Assembly: GCA_964016885.1 (NCBI GenBank) | Contig: OZ024741.1 | Coordinates: 298,530,001-298,594,000 of the forward strand | DNA length: 64,000 bases | Reading direction: 5' to 3' | DNA from: Eledone cirrhosa | Taxonomy: Eukaryota | Translations under genes and position numbers: made by a program | Part shown: positions 22,622 through 37,253 of the stretch, in pieces | Layout: every line of letters starts with the position of its first letter | How positions within the stretch are numbered: the stretch's first letter is position 1 | The notes under the pieces: generated by a model | Databases searched by the model: none | Seen by the model: only the letters and a program-made list of their open reading frames with translations | What the model was told of the DNA's origin: nothing

Positions 22622-25600
22622 CTACAGGCTGATATAGAGAGAAGGCCCATTCACTCGGGCCATTCTCGCTACTTTCACCCATCTTTCATAAAACTTGCTG
22701 GGGTAGAGCACCTCTCTCTCCATTCTGATCCTTCTTCTAAAGTGGCACTTAAAAAAAAAGACCAGTTGTTGGCCGGAGAAAGGTGTCTGACCTCAGCCCT
22801 TTCAACCTTGTCCACCATACAACTTCTTTCGCCATGGCTATCACACAGAGGAAAACCGCCTCTCCTTCGTTTTTGAAAGGGGGAGGCGGTTTGATCGTGA
22901 CAATGTTCTCGGTGGTCAACCGGATTGGTCCCACCCGCGACAGTAGTCGTTCTACATAGCCCCACAGGTCAGCAACGCCCGGGCATTATACGAATGCGTG
23001 TGCGACGGTTTCCTCGTCACGCACGCATCTTGGACAGATCTTCTTCGAGGGGTCCCTACCCGGGCGCCCGTGTCTGTAGAGCTTGTCCCGAACGGGTAGA
23101 GCTCCTCGGTAACATTGTCAAGCCAGGGACATTTGGAAGTTGTCCATCGGTCCCGGGCCAAACGTCCTACCGAACAGACTGGCCAGCTCGTCTTCCTCCA
23201 TGCCCAGAGCCTCTCCGAGAGCGTCGTCGCACTTACTGCGCACCAACCCTCTATAGAATGTTGAGGTTGAGTCTCCACTGATTGCCGGATCCGCTTGCCA
23301 GAGGGCCGTGAGCGCCTGGGCACATTCAATGTGACAGTCGCCCACTTTTCTCGGTCTTTGCTTGACCCAGGATTGCAGCTCGGTGAGTGAGACGAGTCTC
23401 GGAAAGGCTCGCCTCACAAACAGGGCCCACACCGGCTGACCGGTGAGGAATACCTGGAGGTGCCGTAGCCTTAATGCGTGTCTACGCATCGTCAGCCACG
23501 GCAGCCCCAGCCCTCCGTTCGAAGGGTGTTGACAGCAGATGGATCTTCTCACCAAAGGAGCCCGCTTCTTCCAAAGAAATCGGAAGAGCGCGCGCTCCAT
23601 TTTGGCGAGTGTTTTCTCTGGGCAAGGCACGACGGTCATGCGGTAGTAGATGACGGACGCTATATAAGCGTTCGCCACCTCCGCTCGACCTTTCAGGGAT
23701 AGTTTGCACTCGGCCCACTTCTGGGCGAGTGCAAACACGTTGCCCGTTACCTCGTCCCAGTTTTTCTCCACCTGGAGGTCCGGTCCGAACCAGACCCGAG
23801 CAGCTTCACCGGTCCCTCCGTCCAGGTTTTGCTCCTCGACGTCCCGAGTTGCAAACCGACGGACTTGTCCCGGTTCAGCTTGGCTCCTGTGAACCATTCA
23901 TATTCCTCCAGTAAGGTGCCGATCTGCCCGATTTCCGAGGCGCACGACACCATTACTGTCACGTCATTGGCGTAGGCCGACACCGCTTTCCGCAATCCCG
24001 GTTCCAAGGGGATGCCCTGCAACAGCTCCAGCTTCCGTAGTAGTGGCTCGAGAGCCAGCACATACAGGAGGGAGGAGAGAGGGCATCCCTGTTGGATGGA
24101 TCACGTGATTTGCAACGGCTCCGAGAGGTAGCCGTTCACCTTGACCCTCGAGCAGGTGTTGCTGCTGTGCATTGCAGCAATCCAACCCCTGAAAACGGGT
24201 CCGAAGCCTGCCACCGCGAGCACCGCATCCAGGTACCGATGGTCAACCCTATCAAACTCCTTAGATTGATCCAAGTTGATCAGGGCCCCACCAAAGCCGG
24301 GTTCGTTCCCTACCCTCTCTACGATGTATCGCATGAGGTGGAGGTTGTCGTGTATGGACCTGGACGGGATTGCGCATGTCTGCGCTTCTCCCACCAGGTT
24401 CCCGACGACAAGCGCCAACCTCTTCGCTAACACCTTGGCCAAAATCTTTAACTCTGTGTTTAGCAGAGTTATGGGCCTGAAGTTATCTATGTCATCCCCC
24501 TTGTTCTCGTCCTTCCTCACCAGCGTGACTACGCCCTTGATCACAGAACTGGGAATTCTCCCGTTCTGTTGCCAGTTGCAGTAGACCGCCTCGAGGAGAC
24601 CGGAGAACAAGCCCGGCATCGCTACATAAAGTTGGTATGGTAGACCATCGAGACCTGGAGATTTGCGTTTGCCGCATTGGCTCAGCGCTTCCCCTATTTC
24701 AGCGGCTGAAATCGGCCTCTCGCAGGACTTCGCCTCCCCGTCCGAGAGCCGCGCCAGACCGTCGAGGTATGGACCGAAATCCATGGCCCCACCCGGTCCG
24801 CCGCCCCTCCCGAACAGTCGTGCAAAGCGCCGTTGAAAGGCCGCGCTATCCGCTCAGGTTCAAGGATCACGCGTCCATCCTGGTCCTTCAAAGACCGAAT
24901 CGTGGACTCTTTCCACTTTTTTGCCTCTGTCACTCGGGCCCAGCTAACAGCTTTGGCTCCCTAGTTACCAAGAGCACGTATTTTACTCCTGACAACGCGG
25001 CCCTCGTGCTTCGCATCAAAGAACTGGTCTAGGGCTGTTCTTGACGCCAGCACGCCGGCCACGTTGCCACTCCTAATCGCCTGTTCTACTCTATTTGTTA
25101 ATTCCCTTTCAGTTCTATTCCTATCTGATGCTAATTGCCGACTAAAACCTATCGATTCTATTTTTAATTTCTCTCTTGAGAGAGCCCCACCACCTGCTGT
25201 TGACAATTGCCCCCGTCAAACGCTGCTTAACTAGTGTGCTAATCCGCTTACTGACTGTAAGCTTTGTTTGTGGGTAAAGACAAGTTTAGCTTCCAGTAAC
25301 CGGGTCCCTGTCTATGAGTTCTATCAAGGTTGACCACTCCGGTCACCAACTTGTGATCCGAATAGTCAACCATGAACATTCGTGGACAGCTTAATATGTC
25401 CCTATCCTTATTTCTAACTAGGAACCTATCTAGGTACGACCTAGATGTTCCGCTACGATTAGTCCACGTCCACAGTGGCACAGTCGGAAAAAATAGTCGA
25501 TATCTATCGGCCAGATCAAATCGGCCGATTAATCGTTTGAGGCTGTTACACTCCCCTCTAACGGGACATGCCCCTACATAGTCCCAACGTGCATCCAGGA

Positions 25601-26032
25601 TACCATTCCAGTCCCCCTCTAAAAGCAAGGAGCGAGACGTTCCCAGGAAATTCTCCAGGCGTCGGAAGAAGTCCGGTCGCAGTGTCCCAGATGGGGCATA
25701 CGCTGCCACCAGCCTGAAAGCTCCACCTTCACCACTGCCGACGTCTAAAACCACCAGTCGACCCTCCGGGTCCAGGTGTACCTTCTGTGTGGCAAGACCC
25801 AGGTATTTTCGCAGCAGAACGACAACCCCACCCCACCCCTCGGCTGACAGAGAGATGCGTAGATCTCAAAGTCGTCGAAGATGGGGGCCAGTTGGCGCTC
25901 GCTGCTGATCCCGGACTCGCAAATAACCATTACATCCACTCTGTGGAACCTGAGGTCATTTAAGAGTTTGCCCTGTTTCCAGGACATCCCCAGGCCGCGT
26001 GCATTCACACATCCAACTCTTATATTGGCCAT
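22622..26032 (-). pseudogene. LINE ORF2 (APE, RT, zinc motif), multiply frameshifted; YADD changed to YAND
   Basis: Fragments 25745-26032, 25248-25754, 24961-25206, 24101-24784, 23747-24061, 23118-23897 and 22749-22934 align with copy 1. Confidence 0.9.
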
Positions 26033-26074
26033 GTTGGTGCTGAAGAGATAAAAAGGAAGAGGAAAGGAAATTGC

Positions 26075-27409
<1,335 letters not shown>

Positions 27410-27619
27410 TGCTGACTACCAAGTCTACACAGTTTTGAGATGAAAATGAAAATTAATAAAATGAAAATTAATAAAATGAAAATTAATAATGAAAATGAAA
27501 ATTAGTTGACTCAACGTCTGAAGGCCCAGGCAAGGGGTTAAACTAAACAATGCTATTAAATTGAGCAATGAACTCACAGTTTTTTAAAGTCCGGAGCGAA
27601 GTAATTCACGTCTATATCA

Positions 27620-28222
27620 AGTGGTAATTGATATATAGAGGGGGATTGGAAGAGAGTTCCGTGTACTAGATATATATATATAGGGAGAGTTTGGTGGTAA
27701 GAGATATAGAGAGGGGGAGAGTTTGGTGTCATTTGATATAGAGAGGGGGATTGGAAGAAAGTTCTGTGTAGTTGATATAGAGAGGGGGAGAGTTTGGTGT
27801 CTATTGATATAGAGAGGGGTATTAAAAGAGTTCTGTGTAGTTCATATAGAGAGAAGGAGTGTTTGGCGTTAATTGGCATAAAGAGGGGGATTGGAAGAGA
27901 GGTTCATGTACTAGATGTAGAGAGAGGGAGAGTTTAGTGGTAATTGATATAGAGAAGGGTACTGGAAGAGAGTTCCGTGTAGTAGATATAGGGAAGAGGA
28001 TAGTCTGGCGTTAATTGATATAGAGATAGGGATTGGAAGAGAATTCCGTGTAGTGGATATAGAGATGGGGAGAGTATGTTAATGTTAGATAGAGAGGGGG
28101 TTAAGAGAGGGAGTATCATGGTAGATATAGAGAGGGGGAAATTTGGTGGTAGTAGATATAGAGAGAGGTATTAAAAGCGAGTTTTTGTGATATATATAGA
28201 GAGAAGGAGAGTTTGGTAGTAG
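27620..28222. repeat. GA-rich minisatellite (~60-65-bp two-part unit)
   Basis: ttgatatagagagggggattggaagagagttccgtgtagtagatatagagagggggagagtttggt recurs. Confidence 0.85.
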
Positions 28223-28239
28223 TCTCATGTGCCAAATAA

Positions 28240-28992
28240 TAGGTGTGGATGTAGGGTGGAGGTGTAGGGCTGTGCGAATTGGGTGTAGGGTGGGGTGTAG
28301 TTTGTGGATGCAGGGTGGTGGTGAAGGTTGTAGGGATGGGAATAGTGGGGATGGAATGTAAGGTGGGGGTGTAGGGTTATGTCTATGGGGTGTAGGGTGG
28401 GGGCGTATTGTTGTGGCGATGGGGTGTAGGGTGTGTATAGGGTTGTGGGGATGGTGTGTAAGGTGGGGGTGTAGAGTGGGGGTGTGGGTGTGGAGGTGAT
28501 AATGTAGGGCTAAGGGGATAGGGCGTTGGGTGAGAGTGTGGATTGTGGGGGTGTAGTGTGGTGGTGTAGGGTGTGGATATAGAGTACGGTTGTAGGGTTG
28601 TGGGGATGGGATGTGGGGATAGGGTGCAGTGTGGGTGTGTATGGTGGCGGTGTAAGGTTGTACGAATGCAGTATTGGGTGGGGGTGTATAGCTAGTGTGT
28701 AGGTTGTGGGGATGGGAGATTTGGTGGGGTGTAGCGTTGCGAAGATGGATTGTAGGGTGGAGGTGTGAGGAGAGAGTGTACGGTTAAGGGTATAGCTGAA
28801 AGTGTAGGGTTGTGGGGATGGTGACTAGGATGGGAGTATAGGGTAGGGGTGTAATTTTGGTGTGTAGGGTTTGGGGTAGCGTGAGGGTGGGTGTATAAGG
28901 TGTGGCTGTTGGATTGTGTGGATGGTGTTTAGAGTGGGGATGTAGGGTTGTGGTGGTGTATGGTTGTAGGCATGGGTGTATGGGTGGGGTAG
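28240..28992 (+). repeat. G/T-rich degenerate minisatellite (ggggtgtagggt)
   Basis: Dense GGG/GGGG runs with repeated gtgtagggt. Confidence 0.85.
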
Positions 28993-28994
28993 AA

Positions 28995-29165
28995 ATCTCC
29001 GTCGGTTTCGACGATGAGTGTTCCAGTTCTTCGAACAAGAACAACGGAACAGCTTGCTCAGGAAATTAACGTGTAAGTGTCTGAGTATTTCACAAACATG
29101 TGTAACCTTAATGTAATTCTCAGGGAGATTCAGCTTGACACAGTGTATAACAAGGCTGGAACTTT
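28995..29165 (+). mobile_element. Second SINE-like family; related copies at ~17430(-), 33420(-), 36540 and 39140-39560
   Basis: Shared aaattaacgtg..gtggctgagtattccacagacacgtgtaccctta..gtaattctcagggagattcagcgtgacacag. Confidence 0.7.
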
Positions 29166-30021
29166 GATATAGAGAGGGGTAGAGTTTGGTGTTAATTGAT
29201 ATAGAGAGGCGGATTGGAAGAGAGTTCCGTGTAGTAGATATAGAGAGGAGGGAGAGTTTGGTGTTAATTCACTTAGAGAGGGCGATTGGGAGGGAGTGTT
29301 GTATGGTTGATGTAGAGAGGAGGAGTGCATGGTGGAAATGAATACAGTGATAGAATTGATAGAGATAGGTATTGAGAGATATAGAGAAGGGGAGATTTTA
29401 GAGGTAATTGATATAGAGAGTGTTATTGGAAGAGAGTTACGTGAAATAGATATAGAGAGGGGGAGAGTTTGGCGGTAATTGATATAGAGAGGGAAAGAGT
29501 TTGGTTTTAATTGATATAGAGAGGGGATTGGAAGAGAGTTCCGTGTGGTAGATATAGCGAGGGGAAGAGATTGGTTTTAATTCATATATAGAGGGGTATT
29601 GGAAGAGAGTTCCGTGTAGTAGATATAGAGATGAGGAGAGTTTAGTGGTAACTTGATATAGAGAGCGTTATTGGAAGAGAGTTACGTGAAATAGATATAG
29701 AGAGGGGTAGGGAGAGTTTTGTATTGATGGATAGAGTGTGAAGGAATGAGAGAGAGCGTTGTATGTAGATATAGAGCATGTAAGGAGGGGTTGGTGCTAA
29801 TTGATATAGGGAACGGTATTGGAAGAGAGTTCCTTGTAGTAAATATAGAGAGGAGAAGTTTGGTGTTAATTGATATAGAGAGGGGATTGGAAGGGAGTTC
29901 TGTGTAGTAGATATGGAGAGGGGGAGAGCATGTTAGTTTTAGATATAGAAAGGGGAAAATAGGGGCAGTATCGTCGTAGATATAGAGAAGGTTATTAAAA
30001 GAGAGTCTTTTGTGATAGGCA
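29166..30021. repeat. GA-rich minisatellite, continuation
   Basis: Same unit as 27620-28222. Confidence 0.85.
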
Positions 30022-30353
30022 TAGAGTCCCAAATAATAGGGTGGGTGGACATTAGCTTAAATTCTTATAAGCGGGGTGTGGGGAATCGGTCATTGTATTG
30101 TGTACGTTCGTAAATATGGGATATCTTGTAATGTTCTTTTTTTGTCATACATATTGTTTATTCAATGTAAAATAAAATTATTATTAGATTCGCTAGTTGA
30201 TGTATCAGTATGAATCACTTACAATAACATTTCGCCGGAGATAGATTAGCAACATTTAATAAGCGAGGTGGGTTAGAATTCGGGGGTTGGGGGTTGGAAA
30301 AATTCTGAAAAATTAATAAGCGTGAGGGGGGACGATTATTCAAGACTTGAGAG
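30022..30353 (-). mobile_element. MITE-like element related to 36202-36533
   Basis: Ends gtcccaaataatagg and gacgattattcaagac mirror the ends of the 36.2-kb element. Confidence 0.6.
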
Positions 30354-30525
30354 CACGTGAATTATTGACGGACGTAAGAATGAAAACTCAATATCGAAGT
30401 AGAATTTAAATATTCATTTATTGGTTCTAAGTGATGAGCCTTGTTACTCTGGAGTTTCACCTGCGTACTCACAGGACCATCAGACAAGACTGGTTTCCTC
30501 TGAGTGCGCAGGTGAAACTTTAGAG

Positions 30526-31170
30526 CAGGGTTTCCCACCCTTATTTCAGCCAGCGTCCCCTTTGGGCGCAAACTTTTTTGTCAAATTAAATTTCAAATAA
30601 AATACTGTCAAATAACTGTCAAATTAAATTTCAAATAAGATATTGAATTCATCTTACATCAAATGGGTACAAAACCTAAAACAAATATGTAAGTGGTTGG
30701 GCCTTTAATCACCAGGGGTCGATTTAAGTTTAATCGCAGAAAGGAATTCAAAACGGCAACACACTCACATACACGCAATCGAACACATATATATCAGCCA
30801 CTCCCAAAAGCCATTTCATCCAAAATTTTGACCACCATTCTTTATATATTTGCACACAAATACACACATTCAGCTTTTCGCTTTTATTCATTGTTTTTTT
30901 TTTCTTTTAGTCGTCTGTCACCATTCATGTTTTTTGTTTTTGTTTTTGTTTTGGGGGTTTCACTTTAGCGACACAAATTACATATGGTGCCAAGAATTCG
31001 CTTGGAGTCGCCAAAGTGGAGAAAGCGTTTTTAAAATTTTTGAAACTTTGAAAGAAAAAAAAATGGATAAATCCACACCGCCAAACTGAGTATATTCACC
31101 GCCCCTCAAATGAAATAAAAACTCCCAGCGCCCTCATTCAACATAACAGCGCCCACGTTGGGAAACACTG
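30526..31170. mobile_element. hAT (Charlie-like) non-autonomous DNA transposon
   Basis: TIRs cagggtttccca / tgggaaacactg; exact 8-bp TSD ctttagag at 30518-30525 and 31171-31178. Confidence 0.9.
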
Positions 31171-31271
31171 CTTTAGAGTAACAAAGCTCACCAATAACCA
31201 TAATAAATGAATTTATATATATATATAGAGAGAGATTTAAAAGAATAGAGGTGTAACACACGAGTTATGAT

Positions 31272-31654
31272 ATATTAGTAAAAGGAAAAGAAAATGCTGA
31301 CAAATTGTTCCCAGTGAAAAATAGTTTAATTAGGAATAAATAAAAATTAGTAATAGTATTGGTTAGTATTCAGTTTTGGTTTTAAGTTTTTACCGGTTGC
31401 GCATTTTTAATGCTTTTCAAAAATAATTTTGAGATAGAGCGCCCGTGATGTTTGCTCTAATCTGATTAGAGCAAACATCACGGGCGCTCTATCTCAAAAT
31501 TATTTTTGAAAAGCATTAAAAATGCGCAACCGGTAAAAACTTAAAACCAAAACTGAATACTAACCAATACTATTACTAATTTTTACTTATTCCTAATTAA
31601 ACTATTTTTCACTGGGAACAATTTGTCAGCATTTTCTTTTCCTTTTACCAATAT
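31272..31654. repeat. ~380-bp near-perfect palindrome (centre ~31463)
   Basis: tgtttgctctaatc-t-gattagagcaaaca, arms extend ~190 bp. Confidence 0.93.
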
Positions 31655-31765
31655 ATATATATTAAGACCCTCTTCCTGCTATTTCAAGCGTTAACCTAAT
31701 ATATTCCTTCTATATACTATACCGATTGTGCTGTTATTTCTGTTTACATTTTACATATATATATA

Positions 31766-32392
31766 TAAAAGTCAAAGTGATGCTTAGTGATAGGAATAAT
31801 CTTCTGCTATGTGGAATATGCAAGCGATATATTATTAATCAGGGGCAATGGAAGCATTTCTGGCTTGAGGAGGGGGCAAAAATTTGCTCAATTTAGTTGT
31901 GTTTAGTTTAGCTCTTTGCACTCTAAAATGGTCAGAAAACTTCGATATGCGATAAATATAACATGTACATAAATTGTAGCGCATATTGGTTGTTTGGGGA
32001 GAAAATACTTAATCATTGGGGGAAGGGGGTCATCCATTAAGAAAGGATACAGAAGGAGGGGTCATGCCTCTCATCCCCAGCCCCAGGCATGACCCTTCCT
32101 TCTGTATCCTTTCTTAATGGATGACCCCTCTTCCCCGCAATGATTAAATATTTTCCTCCCAAACAACCAATATGCGCTACAATTCATGTACATGTTATAT
32201 TTATCGCATGTCGAAGTTTTCTGACCATTTTAGAGTGCAAAGAGCTAAACTAAACACTACAACTAAATTGAGCAAATTTGTGCCCCCTCCTCAAGCCAGA
32301 AATGCTTCCATTGCCCCTGATTAATAATATATCGCTTGCATATTCCACATAGCAGAAGATTATTCTCATCACTAACCATCACTTTGTCTTTT
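31766..32392. repeat. ~625-bp fold-back inverted repeat (centre ~32075)
   Basis: ~300-bp arms with a few mismatches and a ~15-bp loop. Confidence 0.93.
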
Positions 32393-32989
32393 ACTTCGCT
32401 TACCTTAAATGATTAATATTTTTATCTATCATCCAAACACGGAACATATCTGCACCTGTTTCTTTACTGCATTCTGCTCTCACCGATGAAAAATAGATTT
32501 AATCATATATGCAGAAGCATGAACGAAAACGTCTTCTTAATATGTTGCTTCTTCAAAATGCTAACAGTCTCAAATATTCAGCATGGCTGTTCAGTAAATA
32601 AAAAGTAGTTAGTATAGCGAGAAGTAACTTACCGATGTAAACGAGACAACCTCTACTCGGTTGCTTGACTTGCTAGAGATAGCTCCCAAGTCTCCTTGAA
32701 ATCAAATCTAACCGAATTAAAAAAGGAATGGCACATTAGATAATGTATTCTGTGGAGAAATACGGGATTGTTACGGTTGGAAAGTTTTTAATCATTGGTA
32801 TACTCGTTCGAGGCTCACACACTGAAATAACAACGATAACACACAAGTGAAGCCTTGTATCTTCTTGTTGATTAGAGTCATATTAAGAACAGGAGCAAGA
32901 AATAGAAGTAGAAATACATGTCACTGCTAATATTGATTTCCAGTTGAAGCACAAGACCAGCAAATTTGAGGGTAGGGCAAAATTGATTA

Positions 32990-33142
32990 AAGCAACTCAA
33001 GATTGGTACTTCATTTTATTGACCCCGGAAGGTTGTAAGGAAATGCTGACCTTCGTGCGATTTGAATCAGATCGTAAAGGATGGTAACTAAATGCTACAA
33101 AGTACTATGTCCAATGCTCTAACGATTCCGCCAATCCACCAC
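32990..33142 (-). mobile_element. tRNA-derived SINE
   Basis: ggtacttcattttattgaccccgg...gatttgaa...ctctaacgattccgcca. Confidence 0.65.
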
Positions 33143-33243
33143 CTGATAATATTAAAGAATGGCACACAGTACAGGCAAGCTTTACTGAAGAATACTTTTT
33201 TTTGTAGGTTTATTTTACTTATATTGCCCTTGAGAGAGAGAGA

Positions 33244-33336
<93 letters not shown>

Positions 33337-33877
33337 TACTTTTATTTCAAATACTTTTCCAACAAACTGTTTGAAAGCCCGTCGGGTGGACCGTATGTTT
33401 AATTAAAAAGACCAGTCATATTATACACTGTGTCACGCTGAATCTCCACGCGAATTACACCAAGGCACACATGTCTGTGGGATACTCAGCCACTAACACG
33501 TTAATTTCACAAGCAAGCTGTTTCGTTGATTAAACAATTGGAACACCCATCGTCAAAACTAATAAAAGTTCATTCTAATACTTCAAAAGAAGATATGTTT
33601 TAAACCAGTTTTTAATCTATTAATTTGAAGCCAATTATCTTTACTTACAATACCAAAGCCATGGAAAGCAGCTGTACAACCCTTCCATTACACGCTCTTA
33701 TTCCTCTTTCATGTAAATGTGTACTTTTACGAAATGAACTCAAGAGGTTTTGAAACTTTTATCAGAGATACATTTATTTAACTTAACACAAAACCCTAGT
33801 CTCCCCCAAAGTAAGATCCTCCAAATTCAATGTATTTGTTGAAAAGAAAAAGTCTCAAAACTTCTTGAGTGTGCATC

Positions 33878-33967
<90 letters not shown>

Positions 33968-34065
33968 GTATATGTATATATAAAAGTTGAGACAGTAAAC
34001 AGATAACAAAAAAAACGAGGAAGCGAAGAGGCGTACAAATGTTAATATTAGTTTCTATCTGTGCA

Positions 34066-34092
34066 CTGTGAATAAACCTATTGAAAAACATT

Positions 34093-34148
<56 letters not shown>

Positions 34149-34181
34149 AATGTTTTTCAATAGGTTTGTTCACAGTCCACA
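34066..34181. repeat. Short inverted repeat around a CA/AT microsatellite
   Basis: ctgtgaataaacctattgaaaaacattcacaca / tgtgtgaatgtttttcaataggtttgttcacag. Confidence 0.8.
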
Positions 34182-34465
34182 GTTAGAGAAAATGTCTAAA
34201 TATAAAGAGCGATAATATTGAATTGCATTGCTAAGAGTTTGATAGTATCACCATTATCAGGTGACCTGTAGTAGTGGGGGATCTTGCTGCTGATAAAGAT
34301 TTAATGTCAAAAAGGCCTTAGTTCAATATGGTCAATCATATCTGAACCAATGCATACCTCTTATCTAACAAACAACCTTTCATCTGTTCAACACGCCAAT
34401 TGTTTTTATCCCTCTCCACTTTCCCCTCTTCCTCCTCCTATAGCTACTACCACCGTCACTCACAC

Positions 34466-34500
<35 letters not shown>

Positions 34501-34516
34501 GGTGCTGCTGCTGTTG

Positions 34517-34567
<51 letters not shown>

Positions 34568-34699
34568 TTGCTGCTGCTGCTGCTGTTGCAACAGCAACAA
34601 TAATGATAATGATCATTATTGTCACTTCTTTCTACATTGCTCCGCTCTTCAATATCACTTTTGCTACCATCATTGCGTCGTTATCATCATTATCATCGG

Positions 34700-34885
34700 T
34701 GGATTGGTAGTATCGGTAGAGGGTCGGACGCCATGCTTTCCAGTAGAGTTACGGCCCTTTACGGACTGAGTTCAAATCTATCCGAGGTTGACTTTGCCTT
34801 TCATCTTTACGGGGTCGATAAAATAAAGTACCAGTAATATACTTGGGTAATTGCTGGCCTTGTGCCAAAAGTAGAAACAATTATC
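34700..34885 (+). mobile_element. tRNA-derived SINE with trinucleotide tail
   Basis: A-box-like tggtagtatcgg, B-box gagttcaaatc, conserved body ending agtagaaacaatt. Confidence 0.8.
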
Positions 34886-35565
34886 ATCATTATCACCACC
34901 ACCACCACCACCACCACCACCATCATTACCTCCCTCACCATCACCATCACCACCATCATCATCATCATCATCATCATCAGTATCATCAGCTCATCATCAT
35001 CATCTTAATCATCATGGTTATCATCGTTATCACCACCATCACCAGCACCACCAGCACCACCACCTCCATTATCACCATCTTCATCATCATGGTTACCACC
35101 ACACTCACCATCACTATCACCACCACCACCACCACCACCACCACCGCCGCTATCACCACCATCATCATCATCATCTTCATCATCATGGTTACCACCACAC
35201 TCACCATCACCACCACCACCACCACCACCACCACCACCACCACCACCACCACCACCACCACCACCACCACTACTGCCGCCATCACCACCATCATCGTCAT
35301 CTTCATCATCATGGTTATCACCAACACCACCATCACCACCACCATCACCACCACCGCCACCACCACCACCGCCACCACCGTCATCATCATCAGCTTCATC
35401 ATCTTCATCATCATGGTTATCACCAACACCACCATCACCATCACCACCACCACCACCACCACCACCACCACCACCACCATCATCATCATCTTCATCATTA
35501 TGGTTACAGTTATTATCATCGTCATCACTACCCCCCTCCTCTTCATCATCATCATCATCATCATC
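34886..35565. repeat. (CAC)n/(CAT)n compound microsatellite with recurring atcttcatcatcatggtta
   Basis: Direct reading. Confidence 0.9.
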
Positions 35566-35610
35566 TCATTTTATTATTCACCAGGTGAATTGGCATTTTA
35601 TTATTCACTA

Positions 35611-35960
35611 GGTGAATTGGCAGTATCGGTAGAGGGTCGGATGCCATGCTTTCCAGCATAGAATTACGCCCCTTTATGGTTTGAGTTCAAATCCCGTCGA
35701 GGTTATCTTTGCCTTTCATCCTTACGGGGTCGATAAAATAAAGTACCAGTAATACACTGGAATAATTGCTGGCCTTGTGCCAAAAGTAGAAACAATTATT
35801 ACTATTATCAGCGTAGTTACGTCCCTTTACGATCTGAGTTCAAATCCCGCCGAGGTTAACTTTGCCTTTCATCCTTATGGGATCGATAAAATAAAGTACC
35901 AGTAATGTACTGGTTGTTTGCTGGCCTTGTGCCAAAAGTAGAAACAATTATTACTATTAT
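35611..35960 (+). mobile_element. tRNA-derived SINE plus 5'-truncated tandem copy
   Basis: Two successive gagttcaaatccc..gaggtt..ctttgcctttcatcctta bodies. Confidence 0.8.
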
Positions 35961-36201
35961 CGTTATCACCGTTATAATCACAAACTATCACATCGGCTTT
36001 ACAAATATTTATCAACAACAGTTCTAATCAACTGCAACGTAAATACAATAATCTGAAAAATACCCCTCCCCCCACCACTAAACCCTAACTCCAAATAGCT
36101 TATACCTTCACGTTCTACTTTAGCTCGTACCCCATGGAATAAAATGGGCCTTCACCAGTTTCGACGAGGAGAGTTCCAGATCGGTCAGTAGTACAAGCTA
36201 C

Positions 36202-36533
36202 ACTCGGGTCTCGAATAATCGTCACCCCCACACACGTTTATTAATTTTTCAGAGATCCGCCTACGCCCCCGAGTGGTAGCGTTCCTGCGTCAAATAATTT
36301 TCTTTAGACATTAAAAAAACATTACACATGGCAAAAAAGGGAACATTATAAGAAATCCCATATGTTATAAAATAAATAGGATTGGTTGGGGTTACAACAA
36401 CACGTAAACTAAACGACTAATTCTGGTTTTTGAAAAAAAATCAACGGAAACAACCTAGAAAAATTACAAATTTTCAACAACTTATTTCACCCCCGCCGCT
36501 TATTCCAACTCCCCTATTATTTGGGACCCGAAA
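36202..36533 (+). mobile_element. MITE-like element with imperfect TIRs
   Basis: tcgggtctcgaataat ... attatttgggacccga. Confidence 0.65.
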
Positions 36534-37140
36534 CTACTCATGAAATTAACATGTAAGTGGCTGACTATTCCACCGACATGTTTACCCTTAACCTAATTAT
36601 CAGGGAGATCCAGTATGACAGTGTGCGACAGGTTTATCATTTGAATTAGAGGTACAACTAATTATCTTTTGCAGATGAGTTGATTGGAGCGACGTGAAAT
36701 AAAGTGCATTGCTCAAGGACTCTCGACCTTACAATCATGAGAAAATAACCCAACCACTAGGTCAGTTGTTTTCACTTTTTATTCTCTTCCACGCCAGTTG
36801 TGATTTTCATCTGAGGATGGAGGACTGAATTAATTAACATCACATTTACTATCTTATCTGTGCATATATATATATCCAGGGAGTGTAACGCGGAGTTACT
36901 GTAGGTTCACCCGGGTGAGCACTCGATGTTTAGGTTCACGTCAGTACCGAGGTGTAGAGCTAGACAGAGTGTAATATACTAATAACATTCTGTCATCACT
37001 ACCACAGAGTTCCGACGAGCTTTTGATTCCAGAGTCGGGCTAGATCGATACAGATCGAACCTTGAGCTGATCAGTAGCGAAACGCACATCACCAACCAAT
37101 AAACGTAATGAAGGAGTAACCATTCTCGTCCTTGTGTTAT

Positions 37141-37253
<113 letters not shown>

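Noticed and set aside
34285-34325. ctgataaagatttaatgtcaaaaaggcctta HHR-like string
   Set aside because: Both core boxes mutated and no stem I
34700-34800. tRNA gene
   Set aside because: A/B-box-like motifs belong to a SINE head; no cloverleaf
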